Part shown: positions 1 to 16,044 of the stretch, piece after piece
How the letters are laid out: each line of letters opens with the position of its first letter
How positions within the stretch are numbered: position 1 is the stretch's first letter
Origin: Zygnema circumcarinatum SAG 698-1b
Lineage: Eukaryota > Plantae > Zygnematophyceae
NCBI GenBank assembly: GCA_037447605.1
Contig: CM074813.1
Location: 744,001-808,000 of the forward strand
Reading direction: 5' to 3'
DNA length: 64,000 bases
Position numbers and translations under genes: made by a program
The notes under the pieces: generated by a model
Told to the model about the DNA's origin: nothing
Seen by the model: only the letters and a program-made list of their open reading frames with translations
Database searches by the model: none

Positions 1-1408
1 AATTATGTGACCCAGGAAAATAATGCGAAAAACTTAAAAAACAAAATAATTCTCCCTCATTCTCATCCCTACCCAGTGTCTCTACGCAGCACGTGTACAT
101 GGAACCGTTAGGTTAGCTTGAAATGTGAAGCTAGCCAATAGCGACCAACCTTCGCAAGTGCTACACGAGCCGCACATGCCGTACGGCCCCGTGATTCGTC
201 GGTCCTGCCGTCGCCTTCCGGTCCCCCCAAGTCAACGAGATCAAATCGCAGCCGTCCGATATCCTGATCCGACGGCTCTCCGTGAATTCAGGCCCGTACA
301 GGCATGACGGCCCGCCGACCTACCGCAAGGGCGACCAAGATTGAACATTTGAAACGTCGGTCAAGAAAAAAGTCAAGGTCTGCCCGAAATGTACATTGTG
401 GTCGCGCTGGCGTCCTCGGATTGGTCCAGAGGAGTCGCAGGGCAGGCCTAAAACCTCGGCGGGCAAGCTGCAACGGCTAGCGGCGCCGCTGCCGGAAGGG
501 GTCACGCCACGCGGCAACGGCTCCTGCGCGGAGAAGGGGGGGCGGTACGGGTAGGGGGGAGAGGGGGGAGAGGGGGGAGAGGGAGAGGGAGAGGGGAGAG
601 GGAGAGGGAGAGGGAGAGGGAGAGGGAGGGGGGAGGGAAGGGTGAGGGAGAGGGAGTAGGGCTGGGAAGGGGAGGGAGGGAGAAGAGGAAAGCTGAGAAG
701 GCGGATTTCCAGTAAGGGAAGGCCAGGTATAGGAGGTGTCTGTGAGTGGGAGAAGGAGAAAGAGTGGGAGAGAGAAGGGGAGAGAGAGGGAGTAGACAAT
801 CATGGAGACCTCGTGCGACCTTGTGTTGATGGTTCGAAGGGAGGTCTCATTGGCGCATTAGGAAGCGCCGGATATGGTCTGCAGGAAGCTGCGAGAGTGC
901 AGGGGAGAGAGAGAGAGGGCGAGACGGGAGAGGGAGAAGAGAGGGAGAGGGAGGTGACGCAGAAGGAATACTTTGATTAGATTCGGTGGATACGCGAGAT
1001 GACGTGGCGGAGCTGACGTGGCAGCCGATGAGAGGCGCGAGCATGCCAGCTGGAAGTGGTGTAGTCGATGAGGGCCACGAGGAGCCGGGTTGAGCCCCTC
1101 TGTGAGGTGAGGTGGGAGATGGGAAGGGTGGGAGGGCGAGGGAGGGAGGGAGGGAGGAAGGGAGGGAGGGGAGTAGTGAGTAAGGGAGAGATGGCGAGAG
1201 AGGGGTGACAGGTGAAGGGAGAAGGAGAGATGGGGGAGGGAGACGCGTGAGTGGAGAGAAAAAAAGGAGGCGAGAGAGCTAGGTAGGATTGGGGTGAAGA
1301 CGCTGGCAGGAGAAAAGTGATAGCAGAAGAGAGAGAGGGGAGGTGGGGAGAGTGGAAGAGAGGGAGGGGGTGAGGAAAAAAGGGGTGGGCACGTGGACAG
1401 AGCGAGGT

Positions 1409-1469
<61 letters not shown>

Positions 1470-2295
1470 AGTTGTATTGGTAGAGGAAATATTCCAACGT
1501 TACTTGCACACCCCACCTTCCCCCCTTTCCCCACCTTTTTCGTTGTCTGCGATGAGCTGTGAGGGGAGCGCTTACAATGTGGGCTACTTTCTATCAAGTT
1601 TCTAATGTTAAGTCCTTGTATTCATAAAAAGCCGCCACTTTTATTGTATGACTTTATCACCGATCGCTGTGTTACCACGTGAAAACCGCATTTTTCTTGC
1701 TTCTGCTTGTTTGTCTCTCTCGGTTTCTTGTTGCCTTCCCTTCGTAGCCGAGAGGCAATTCATGCCCTAAGGAATAGGAAAATCGAACTTGAATGACATG
1801 AGAAAACAGAACATTTGTAGTTTCTTACATTATTGCGATCCGGAAACAGAGAACATACTTTTTACTATCATTGTTATTTGTATTATTTTTGCATGCACGT
1901 TTTACTTCAGAGTGATCAGAGCGATCTTCATTTTAACTTCAGATATATGTTGTATGCCTGAATAAAATCTGTTGTCTCTCTCTCCTTTCGTTCTCTTCTC
2001 CTCCCAACCTTATTTCAATGCCCTGTTTGATGAATGCAGGAAGCAGCAGCTCAACATTTCCAGCCACATTCAGACATACCTCCAACTTTTAGCACCAACT
2101 TAGTCTCGCTCTCCCTCTCCCTCCCTCTCACCTCCTCTACCTCTCCCACACCCACATTCCCTCCACCCTCAGTTCCATCCTCTTCTTTTCACCTACTTTT
2201 CAATCCCTTTCCCCTCTATCTTCCGAACCCACTCTAGATTCGTAGGAACTAAAACTCGTAGAATTTTTATTCGAACTTTTAAAAAACTTAAGACC

Positions 2296-5200
2296 ATGGG
2301 ACTGGCCTCGTGCTTAGAAACATGTCTCGAACTCCGCGGGCAGATTACGGAAAACTGTGCCCAAAACTGCAACACAGAGAACGGGTGGTCTGCTCCCCTC
2401 ACTACTGCCGAAACGGCGGTTTATAGTGTGGCCACCGCCCTCCTCGTGGTTCTCACCACAGTGATCGCCTGCATGATGGGGAGCACGCTCGGGATCGACA
2501 TGGCCACACTGCAGGTCCGGGGTTCGAACCCTCATAGCTTCGCAATATCCTCGTAATGAGAGGCTTCACTGAAGCAGCATCTTGCGTGTATATTTGGGCA
2601 ATTTTAGGTTCTGGAGATTGTGGCAAAATAGTGGAAGCAAGGTCAAAGATTGGAAGTGTTCATTTGAAGATTTGAAATGCTGTTTTTTTGTAGAATTGGA
2701 CGGTTAAATGCTGAACATGAGAAGATGTTCTTTTGTGTGTGCGCAGGCGGGCATAGATGGTAACGATTCGGGAGTCCGACGAAAGGTAATTAATTGCTTT
2801 GAAGAACGAATAATGAAAAAAGGCATCGCATAATTTCATGTTCGTCTTTTCTTTTGCTTGAAATGTCGCTGCGCCTCTAACTCTGTGTTGTGGTCGTTGC
2901 TGTTTTACAGTCGCGGCGAGTGGTCCGACTTCGAAGCATTGGAGGAAGTTTGCTGTTTTCTGCTCTTCTCGTTACAACAGTGGCCACACATGTTGCTGTG
3001 GCAGTCATGCTTACAAGTGAGTCATGCATACATACATATATGCATGCATACATACATGCATGCATGCACGCATGCCTTATACTTTTTTCATAAGTTCAGT
3101 CTTCTCAAGTCTCTTTCTCTTCCCTACTTTACTTCCTCCTGCTTTCTATTTTGCACCGAGATTTCCCAGTAAAGCTTCCGTAGTTTCTTTTAAGGGATTC
3201 TGAACCCTTTCCTCTCCATTGCATCCTTCACCCTTGCATTGTTCAAGCGAATGTTGTAAAGAAAAGGTGTTTTCCAGCATATTGACAGAGCCCCAACATA
3301 TGAAAAATCTGCAGAACTGTTGGGAGCAATTGGGGGTCTGCTGGTCGCCTTTGCGCTTATCCTCGTCTTCGCTGAAATTTTGCCTCCGGCATTCTGCTCC
3401 ACACAGTGAGCATTCCTCTCCCTCCCACCCTCTCTCCCTCCCTCGCCACTCCTCTCCCCTTCCTTCTCCTTTTACTCTCTCGCCTCTCTACTTTCTTTTT
3501 CTCTTCTTCTTTTCCCACTCTTCTCTCTCCCATTCTATGGTCCTCCCCTATGTCATCTCCCCTCTCCTGTTTTCTGTCTCTTCAATTCTGTCCCATTGTG
3601 CCTCTCCCCTCCTCGCCTTCCTCTCCTCTCCTTCGTCCCTTCGACTCCTCCTTTTTGACTCCTCTCCTCTCCCCTCGTCATTCCTTCCTTTCCCTCTCTT
3701 CTCTTTCCTTTCTCTCTCCCTGCCTCCCTACTCCCCCCTCCCCTCCTCTCTCCTCGCTCCCCTCTCCCTTCCCATACATCATCCCCTACTCATGTTCCAA
3801 CAATCTCATCCTCCAATTCCTCCCCTTCCATCCTTACCCCATTACTTCCCCCCATCTCTTCCGCATCTCTTCCCTGATTTCTGCTCTGATTTTCCCTATT
3901 TTCTTCCCCCTTTTTTTCCCTTGATCCCTGCCCCAATTTTCCCCTAATTCCTCCCCTACTTTTCCCCTCCTTTTCCCCTAATTTTGTCCCCTAATCTTTT
4001 GTCCCCTTTTGCCCTAATGGTTGTTTTCAGCGCCTTGGAGATCGCGTGGAGCACGGCGTGGTTGGCCTCCCTCCTCCTCGTCCTGCTCTTCCCCGTCGCG
4101 TGGCCCGTCAGCGTCCTCCTCGACAGCCTCATCGTGCACGAGAAGACGCACACCGCCCTGGTACACACTACCACCTCACAATATCGGGATATATCGGGAT
4201 ATATAATGATATGATCTACACAAAGATAGAGTATATGTGTGTATAATAAGCCTTTTGTCTCTCGTTTCGGTCGATGGGTCGAAACGTACGAGAAAAGCTC
4301 GTCGTTGTTGCGAAGGTTTGGGCAGAAAATGTGGAGGAGTTGTTCTGACGAACGTTTTGGTGATGATCTGTGTAAGCATTGGTGAATTTGTGTTTTGTTT
4401 TTTTCTGAGAAAGCAGAGCAGCAGAAACTGAAGTGGTTTTCGCGTGGTTTGTTGCTTGTTGGCAGGCAAGATGGTGCTTTCCGTGCTGCAAAAATTTACA
4501 GCACAGCCCCTCCATGGAAACTATCTCTCCTCAATACAATGCGGAAAACTACTCCGAAGATGACCAGGAGACATATAGTGCTCCTTTTGGAGGTGACATG
4601 ATTCTCCCTCCCTCTCCCACCCTCCTTCCTTTTCCTCCTCGTCTCCCACTCTCTCCCACTCTGTCGTCCCTTCCCCACCCCCCTCCCTTCCTCCCATTCT
4701 CCTCTCACTGTCCTCTCTTGCTCTTTCCTCCTCATCTCCCCCACTCTCAACCACAACCACACCAAAACCTTCAAAAATCCTAATCCTTATCCTATCCTAT
4801 CTTATCTTATCTCATCTTATCCTATTCTTAATCTCAATCTCCGTTTTTTCAAACTCTCTCTTCCTGCAGACTCGGGTAAACTAACCTCTGGGGGAACACC
4901 AAGTATACCCTCTACCACCTCCCCTCCCATTGGCTACCTCCCCCAACATGCAGACCGCTCTACTTTGGCGTCTAGCGGAAAAAGTCAATCCACTTCCAGT
5001 ACACCCCCCATAGCCCAAGTCCTTGACCCCGGTCCGTACCTTCCAGAAACTTCCAATAATAGCGTTGACTCTCGCCCTCCTCCTCCAATTGCTGCTGTAA
5101 TTGACGATTCAAGTGCATCCCCATCAAGGAGAGATGATCCCCATGAGATGACTTTTAAAGACTTAGTTGACCCAAGTGAGTCACAAAAGGATGAGCTTGA

Positions 5201-6128
5201 GAGACTCCCTCAGAGACCCCTACAAGTCTCTCCCAGCCAATGGGAGGCTAGGAGAGGGAGAGAGGAAGCAAGTGATTCGAGCTCTCAGTCACAAGCTCGC
5301 TCTCTCTCTCAGTCACAACGATACTCAGCTATGAGTAGTGCTTCTACCGACTCTACCAGTGCGGGAGAGAGAGTGTCCTCTCGCGAAGCTGTGGTAGTAG
5401 CGGGAGGGGGAGGAGGAGGGGGACCCATGGGGAGAGGGGGGAGGCAGGGAGGAGGAGGGTTAGAAAGGAGGGCTATGAGGGAGAGTCCGGGGGGAGAGGG
5501 AGGGAATCGGACGGCTCGGCAGGTGACAGGTGCGATGGAACGGAGGGCTATGATTGAAAGTCAGAGTCCTGGGGGAGGGAGAGGACCAATGAGAGCCCTG
5601 GAGAGGAGGGTCAGTGTTGAAGGTCAGAGTCCGCAAGGGAGAGAAGGTATCGCCATGGAGGGAGAGGGAGGTTCAAATCGATCATCTCGAAAAGCGGGAG
5701 TTGTGGAAAGAAGGGTCCCTATGGACAGTTTGGGAACGCCATCGCCAAGGCAAGGAGGAGCGGTGAGGGAGAGGATGGAGAGAGGGGGAGTGAGAGAGAG
5801 GGTGGAGAGAGGGGAGGATGAGAGGGGAGGAGTGTGGAGAGGGGGCATTGGGGCAGAGTGGAGGAGTGTGGTACGACAGGGAGAGCTGGAGGAGGAGAGC
5901 ACAGGGGCGAGTGGGGGAGTGGGTGGGAGTGGGAGTGGAGGGGGAGAGGAGGGGCAGAGGATGGAGGAGTCGGAGGTAGAGGAATTCTTGGAAGGTGATA
6001 GGCCCCTTGCTCCCACTTCAAGGTTTGCAGGGGTTCAGGCAGGAAGCATGGGGAGGGCTGCTGGGAGAAGCCCATCTCGCCCCACTGCTGAAGGGGAAGG
6101 ACTCCCAAGGAGTAGGTCCGGCTTCTGA
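2296..6128 (+). CDS. DUF21/CNNM transmembrane-domain protein lacking CBS domains, with long disordered Gly/Arg/Glu/Ser-rich C-tail (7 exons: ~2296-2514, 2747-2785, 2911-3016, 3315-3406, 4031-4160, 4466-4592, 4870-6128)
   Basis: Spliced translation gives ...LLVVLTTVIACMMGSTLGIDMATLQ|AGIDGNDSGVRRK|SRRVVRLR...LLVTTVATHVAVAVMLT|KLLGAIGGLLVAFALILVFAEILPPAFCST|HALEIAWSTAWLASLLLVLLFPVAWPVSVLLDSLI. This matches the CNNM/DUF21 motifs FGEIxPQAxC and PxAWPxSxLLD. All junctions are GT-AG and phase-compatible. Confidence 0.8.
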
Positions 6129-6175
6129 GGGAGAGGTAGGAGTGGAGGAGAGTAGGGAGAGGGAGNNNNNNNNNN

Positions 6176-7478
6176 CCTGCAGACTCGGGTAAACTAACCT
6201 CTGGGGGAACACCAAGTATACCCTCTACCACCTCCCCTCCCATTGGCTACCTCCCCCAACATGCAGACCGCTCTACTTTGGCGTCTAGCGGAAAAAGTCA
6301 ATCCACTTCCAGTACACCCCCCATAGCCCAAGTCCTTGACCCCGGTCCGTACCTTCCAGAAACTTCCAATAATAGCGTTGACTCTCGCCCTCCTCCTCCA
6401 ATTGCTGCTGTAATTGACGATTCAAGTGCATCCCCATCAAGGAGAGATGATCCCCATGAGATGACTTTTAAAGACTTAGTTGACCCAAGTGAGTCACAAA
6501 AGGATGAGCTTGAGAGACTCCCTCAGAGACCCCTACAAGTCTCTCCCAGCCAATGGGAGGCTAGGAGAGGGAGAGAGGAAGCAAGTGATTCGAGCTCTCA
6601 GTCACAAGCTCGCTCTCTCTCTCAGTCACAACGATACTCAGCTATGAGTAGTGCTTCTACCGACTCTACCAGTGCGGGAGAGAGAGTGTCCTCTCGCGAA
6701 GCTGTGGTAGTAGCGGGAGGGGGAGGAGGAGGGGGACCCATGGGGAGAGGGGGGAGGCAGGGAGGAGGAGGGTTAGAAAGGAGGGCTATGAGGGAGAGTC
6801 CGGGGGGAGAGGGAGGGAATCGGACGGCTCGGCAGGTGACAGGTGCGATGGAACGGAGGGCTATGATTGAAAGTCAGAGTCCTGGGGGAGGGAGAGGACC
6901 AATGAGAGCCCTGGAGAGGAGGGTCAGTGTTGAAGGTCAGAGTCCGCAAGGGAGAGAAGGTATCGCCATGGAGGGAGAGGGAGGTTCAAATCGATCATCT
7001 CGAAAAGCGGGAGTTGTGGAAAGAAGGGTCCCTATGGACAGTTTGGGAACGCCATCGCCAAGGCAAGGAGGAGCGGTGAGGGAGAGGATGGAGAGAGGGG
7101 GAGTGAGAGAGAGGGTGGAGAGAGGGGAGGATGAGAGGGGAGGAGTGTGGAGAGGGGGCATTGGGGCAGAGTGGAGGAGTGTGGTACGACAGGGAGAGCT
7201 GGAGGAGGAGAGCACAGGGGCGAGTGGGGGAGTGGGTGGGAGTGGGAGTGGAGGGGGAGAGGAGGGGCAGAGGATGGAGGAGTCGGAGGTAGAGGAATTC
7301 TTGGAAGGTGATAGGCCCCTTGCTCCCACTTCAAGGTTTGCAGGGGTTCAGGCAGGAAGCATGGGGAGGGCTGCTGGGAGAAGCCCATCTCGCCCCACTG
7401 CTGAAGGGGAAGGACTCCCAAGGAGTAGGTCCGGCTTCTGAGGGAGAGGTAGGAGTGGAGGAGAGTAGGGAGAGGGAG
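6176..7478 (+). repeat. Apparently identical tandem copy of 4863-6165 (last exon of the DUF21 gene), bracketed by N-gaps; probable assembly duplication
   Basis: ORFs 4965-6128 and 6278-7441 are identical. Gaps at 6166-6175 and 7479-7488 sit exactly at the copy boundaries. Confidence 0.85.
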
Positions 7479-8048
7479 NNNNNNNNNNGTGGAGGGAGGG
7501 AGGAAGGAGGGAGGAAGGATGGAGAGAGGGAGGGAGAGAGGGAGGGAGAGAGGGAGGGAGGTAGGGAGGGAGGGAGGGAGGACAGTGGTGTAGGGGGGCG
7601 CTGGGTTTGAGAATGAAGCACTGTCTTCAGGTTCGGCGAGGGGGGCTTTGGGGGATTTGTAGGAGCCCAATCTTACGACTACAAATTTAGTGTCCAAAGT
7701 TGACTTTGAGGGTAATCCCTGGGGAGGGAGGGAGGGGTAGGGAGCTGATTTTGACTTCGACGCCTAGATTTTGAGGAATTTAGAACTCGTTTCTATGTAG
7801 GATTTGTTCAGGATTTGTCAGTAGAACTGTAGGACTGCACAGGTTAAATAGAATTTGCTTAAACAGGAAATTCGTTTTTGTAAAAGGCACGCACGATTTG
7901 GGTATTGCATAATTGGTCGTTAGGTCAGGGAGGGAGGGCGGTTAATGGGTGCCACTCTCGAGCTGCTTCTCCTTCTTCCTCTTCTTCTGTGGGAGAGGAG
8001 AGGGTGGCTGCTTTAAGGGGGAGGGGAGGGGGGGGGGGNNNNNNNNNN

Positions 8049-8079
<31 letters not shown>

Positions 8080-8519
8080 CTGCTTCTTGTTCTTTTGTTG
8101 CTGCAAATAATTCCTTTTGGCTCTGCGGAGCTCAACTCGTTCTCTATTGGATGATGAAGTCGGTGAAAATGTCATGTGTTGTGTTTGAACCCATCATGCG
8201 GCGGCGAGGCCCATCATGGCCATCATGCCATGAATGGCCATGGCCATGCATGCCACAAAGTTGTGCACAGCCAATCTAGCACATGCAAAGTCGCCACATT
8301 GTTCCGCGCCCAGAGGTGTTGTGGAGCCTAGAGGCATGCTTTCATGCTCGCATGCATGGCTCCGCCCAACGATTCTGGCGAGGTTGAGGGCCACACTCCA
8401 TGGACGGCCCAGTTTTAAATCTAGTTTTACTCTTTTTCACCATTGAATTTTTCCTCGACATGTCTACATGGTGGATTCGAAGGACTGCGTGTCGAGCAAT
8501 GGATGGGTTTCTACGCTGA

Positions 8520-8870
8520 AAAAAGCAGACCCTAAAAACCCTAAAAACCCTGAAATCCCTGGGCAGTTCATTTCACAAATTTTCGTTCTATGTAAGAACT
8601 GGAACCAAAATTGGAGTCACACGCGTCCACCAGTCAATGCAAACGGAACAAACGGGTCACATGTGGGAGGCTCACAGGCGTTCCCTGCAACCCCACTCGT
8701 GTAACGCAACTGCTTACATGGAACAGGGAGGGCCGCTTAGCCCTTGCAATGGCGGAATGGAAGGTTTGCCCTAAAACGAGGAAACCCTAAATCAGAGCTC
8801 TGAGAGGGCGCCACGTGGCCGCAGCTTAAGCAGTAGGGGAGCGCTCGGTCCCTAGGAAACCTAAACACTT
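8520..8870 (+). promoter_or_regulatory. Telo-box (AAACCCTA) cluster plus palindromic G-box upstream of TRAPPC5
   Basis: accctaaaaaccctaaaaaccctg at ~8528, aaaccctaaa at ~8782, gccacgtggc at ~8810; ATG at 8916. Confidence 0.55.
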
Positions 8871-8915
8871 TCTGCCTCAGCTCTCCCTCTCCTCCGCGAG
8901 GGGCCGCGCGGCAGC

Positions 8916-8997
8916 ATGATGATGGTCACGACGCCTCGAAGCCGGCAGCTGCTCAACATCGTGGATCGGCCCCTCGGGAAGGGCAGAGCAGAGGTGT

Positions 8998-9047
<50 letters not shown>

Positions 9048-11036
9048 CCTGCCCCTGCTCCCAACCCCTCCCCCCTCCGACTCCCCCTCCCCCTCCCCCT
9101 CCCTCTCTTCGCGCTTTTCTCTCCCTCCCTCTTGAAGCCATGGACAATGTATTGCAATCCGCTCGAGCGTATGCGCCTGTCTGGGCAGAATTCTTCGTTC
9201 ATTGGACGACAACTTGACCGAAATGGTTTGACCCGGAATAGTTTCCTGAGCGTTAATATCGCGAAAACGAGTGTTGATTAATGTTCATTTTAGACAGAAC
9301 ACACATTTGCAAATGTGAATTTCACATGAAGTCTGCTTTGCAGGTCAGCCTGAGCGCCTTCTCTTTCCTCTTCTCCGAAGCGGTGCAGTACAGCCAGACG
9401 AAGGTCAACAACATTACTGAACTCGAGCGCAGGTGAGAGCAGCCGCTGTTCTCTCTCTCTCTGGGAGAGGGGGGTGGGGGGGAGGGGGAGCGAGAGGCGG
9501 GAGGGCGGCAGGTGAGCAGGGGCAGAAAGAGAGGAAAGGGAGAGGTGGCGGGGGAAGGAGATAGGAGGAGAAGGAAATGGGGACGGGATGGAAGCAGAGT
9601 GAGAGTTCAGGATTGAGGGAGATAGAGAAGGAAGGGTGAGCTGATGTTTGAAATCTATAATGCCCCCTTTTCCTTATTTACTGGAGGATATATTTGGAGC
9701 AGGCTGGAAGACTTGGGCTATGGAGTCGGCTTGAGGATGTTGGAGCTACTCGTGCATCGAGAGAAGGTGGAATTCCTTATCTTTGTCATTCTTATCCTCA
9801 AATTTCTTCTTCCAGACCTACCAATGTAAAGAAGGAGAAGGGATCTCTTTTTTTATCATCACGTTTTGATCTCTCTCCTTCACACTACATTTCGCTGTCT
9901 AAGTGTAGCTTTTCTACCCATCCTAAGATGGATAGTCCTCTTTTTTATTCTTTGTTGCGAAGATTAATCTGTGTCCTCCAAATGTTGGATGCTGCAGGGC
10001 AATAGGAGGGAGACGCGGTTGATTGGCATTTTGTCTTTTGTACATAGCACTGTGTGGAAGTCTCTGTTTGGGAAGGTGAGGCTGCATTCCTTCTTCATGG
10101 CTGTCAACCTGTCCATTTTCTTGAACATTTCAAAGAGATTGTTAAAGGAAGGGTTTTGAACGTTTCATTTGCATGGCCTTCATCCTTCCCTGCAGGTGGC
10201 GGATTCATTAGAGAAGAGCACAGAGCATGAAGATGAGTACATGATTAGCGAAAGGGAACTCCTCGTTAACAAGTGAGAAAAGAGATTCGTTTCACCCATC
10301 CTGCAATGATTATTCTTCTTTTGTTTCTGCAACAGTAGCTGCTCTAAAGAGACTTCTTTCCTTTAAATGTTTAAATCAAAAGGTCGTTGCAGATTGAGGA
10401 TTCTTCAGGGAAATAAGTTCGACCTGTATAGCGTTTGACCTCTTCGTTTGCATGTTTTAGGTTTATTTCAGTGCCTAAAGACATGGGCAGCTTCAACTGC
10501 GGAGCGTTTGTTGCCGGCATAGTGAAGGTCAGAATCTGATCCCCCCTCCCTTCTGAGCCCATGCATCATGCACGGTTGCAATTGAAATGTTCCTTTCCTA
10601 TTTTTCTGTCTTTGTTTTTGTTTACTTACTTTTGACAAGAGATGTTTCCGAATTCAGGGCGTGTTGGACAGCGCGGGCTTCCCCGCGCGAGTGACGGCAC
10701 ACTATGTGGCGGTGGAGGGCCAGCATCGCCCACGAACTACAATTCTCATTAAATTCACAGCAGAGGTGCCAACCCTAAATTCTCAGAGCTAAGATGTTTC
10801 CTTTGCGTGAAATGTGAACAGTGCAAGTTCCTGTTGCAGGGCATCTCTCTTCCTCTCTCTCTCTTTATTTCTCTCTCTCTCTCTCGCTCTCTCGCCACTC
10901 AGTTCTTCTCACACATACACACGCACATGTTTCTTAGTACGGTTGTGTAGACAGTGGCATACTTTTTTCATACTAATAGGACGAAAAAGTTGCGAACTGT
11001 ATGCAGGTCTTGGCGAGGGAAGCTCGTCTCGGCTGA
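8916..11036 (+). CDS. TRAPPC5: TRAPP complex subunit 5 (Trs31), 8 exons
   Basis: Spliced: ..NIVDRPLGKGRAE|VSLSAFSFLFSEAVQYSQTKVNNITELERR|LEDLGYGVGLRMLELLVHREK|GNRRETRLIGILSFVHSTVWKSLFGK|VADSLEKSTEHEDEYMISERELLVNK|FISVPKDMGSFNCGAFVAGIVK|GVLDSAGFPARVTAHYVAVEGQHRPRTTILIKFTAE|VLAREARLG*. Confidence 0.96.
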
Positions 11037-12074
11037 AGAGGCCTCCGCGGACAGGACAACGTTTGGAGCATTCTCACTCTTCGCCCTCAGCCCCGCCCCC
11101 CCCCTCTCTCTCGCCTCTCCCTCCCTCTGGGAACATAAGAAGGGGCCAGTGCTCGATGGGGGCCCGCACTGATATTTGGAATCATCGATGTGGACAGTGT
11201 GACAGTACACACGTTCACAGTATTGCCTTCCCTTCCTCCTCCCTCTCCTCTATTGCTACCCACCGCCTCGCCCTCTCCCACCCCCCCCCCCCTCTCTCAC
11301 ATCCCCTCTCTCACACCCTCTCTCTCTCACACCCTCTTTCTCACACCCTCTTCCTCTCCCACCCGCACCCTCTCCCCTCCCGCCTCCGTGTACAAGTAGG
11401 ATGTACAGAGCGTAGTTAGCAAAGACTTCAACGCATGGTAGGGTCCTTAGCCCCCCCCCTTTTTTTTTTGGAATGTAAATTGCGATTCATAACTGAAGCG
11501 GAAACAGTTCATAGTTGACAGCGATGCATGTGATGGCATGATGTCCGCCTGTAAAACTGCCACATGCCATGGCTCGGTGCCATGGATGCATGCATGCATG
11601 ACCTCAGCTTCTCGTGGTGCTTGCCAACGACATGGCATGGCATGGCATGGCACGACATTGGACAAAAAGGCACGTGTGTGGTCGGGTCAGGGTACTTTTA
11701 GGGTTTTTAGGGGTTTGGGTTTAAGAGGAGGCCGATAGGTGCACAAGCCAGGTCTGCAGCACCCGCCAATCAGAAGCCGAGGGTTTTTTGGACTTTTAGG
11801 GTTTTAGGTTGCGCCTGTCGGCAGGCCCGGCCGACCACTCGTCTCCTCCCGGCGCTCGATCGAGCCTGAACCCTTCCCTTCCGGCGCTGACGTCAGCCCG
11901 AGGGTTGAGAGTGTCGAGCGCAGGGCGAGGGTTTAGGGTTGTCACGACACGGAGTGCGCGCGCGGACCGGACCAGGTGCTGCCAACAGAGGCGTGTCGGT
12001 GGGACCGTCCAATTAAGCCACTCTGGCGCCTCGAATTGGCTGCCGACCACAGGGACATCGGAGGGACCACCATC

Positions 12075-12745
12075 TTGACCGCACTTGACCGCACTTGCCG
12101 CACTTCCCGCACTTGCCCGCGCTTGACCGCACTTGCCGCACTTGCCGCACTTGACCGCACTTGACCGCACTTGACCGCACTTGACCGCGCTTGACCGCGC
12201 TTGACCGCACTTGACCGCACTTGACCTCGCTTGACCGCGCTTGACCGCACTAGACCGCACTTGCCGCACTTGACCGCACGTCCGCACTCGCCGCACTTGC
12301 CGCACTTGCCGCACTTGACCGCACTTGACCGCACTTGACCGTGCTTGACCGCGCTTGACCGCACTAGACCGCACTTGCCGCACTTGACCGCACGTCCGCA
12401 CTTGCCGCACTTGCCGCACTTGCCGCACTTGACCGCACTTGACCGCACTTGACCGCACTTGACCGTGCTTGACCGCGCTTGACCGCACTAGACCGCACTT
12501 GCCGCACTTGACCGCACGTCCGCACTTGCCGCACTTGCCGCACTTGCCGCACTTGACCGCACGTCCGCACTTGCCGCACTTGCCGCACTTGCCGCACTTG
12601 CCGCACTTGCCGCACTTGCCGCACTTGCCGCACTTGCCGCACTTGCCGCACTTGCCGCACTTGCCGCACTTGCCGCACTTGCCGCACTTGCCGCACTTGC
12701 CGCACTTGCCGCACTTGCCGCACTTGCCGCACTTGACCGCACTTG
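12075..12745. repeat. Compound minisatellite of TTGACCGCAC (10-mer) and TTGCCGCAC (9-mer) units
   Basis: Directly visible tandem array between the convergent TRAPPC5 and dCMP deaminase genes. Confidence 0.95.
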
Positions 12746-12989
12746 AGCGGCTTGACTGCGGCCCAGTTGGACGATTGGACGGCGCAAGACGTTTAACTGC
12801 GCATGGACCTGCTCCCCCTTCCGCATTCTGGCGGTGCGGGGCGGCATGCATGCATGTATCCATGCATGGATGGGTTGCATGCGTGCATGCGCGCTATTGT
12901 TCGGAGACAGAGCGAAGGTTTGACAATGGCATATTTAAACCGCGGTGCCATGTGGCCATGTGGCCATGTTACAAAGCAGAGGTGAGTTG

Positions 12990-16044
<3,055 letters not shown>

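Noticed and set aside
320-1605. Pro/Ser/Leu-rich and (RE)n ORFs here and at 3.2-3.9, 31.0-31.8, 45.4-46.3 and 47.1-48.1 kb
   Set aside because: Translations of GA/CT low-complexity tracts with no domain signal.
4863-7478. Tandem duplicated 387-aa ORF as two genes or mutually exclusive last exons
   Set aside because: The copies appear identical and are bounded exactly by N-gaps, typical of unmerged contig overlap. Read depth would settle it.
11796-12863. (CGK)n ORF as a metallothionein-like protein, or the array as CRISPR
   Set aside because: The ORF is a translation of a 9/10-bp minisatellite open in several frames. There are no unique spacers or cas genes, and the context is eukaryotic.
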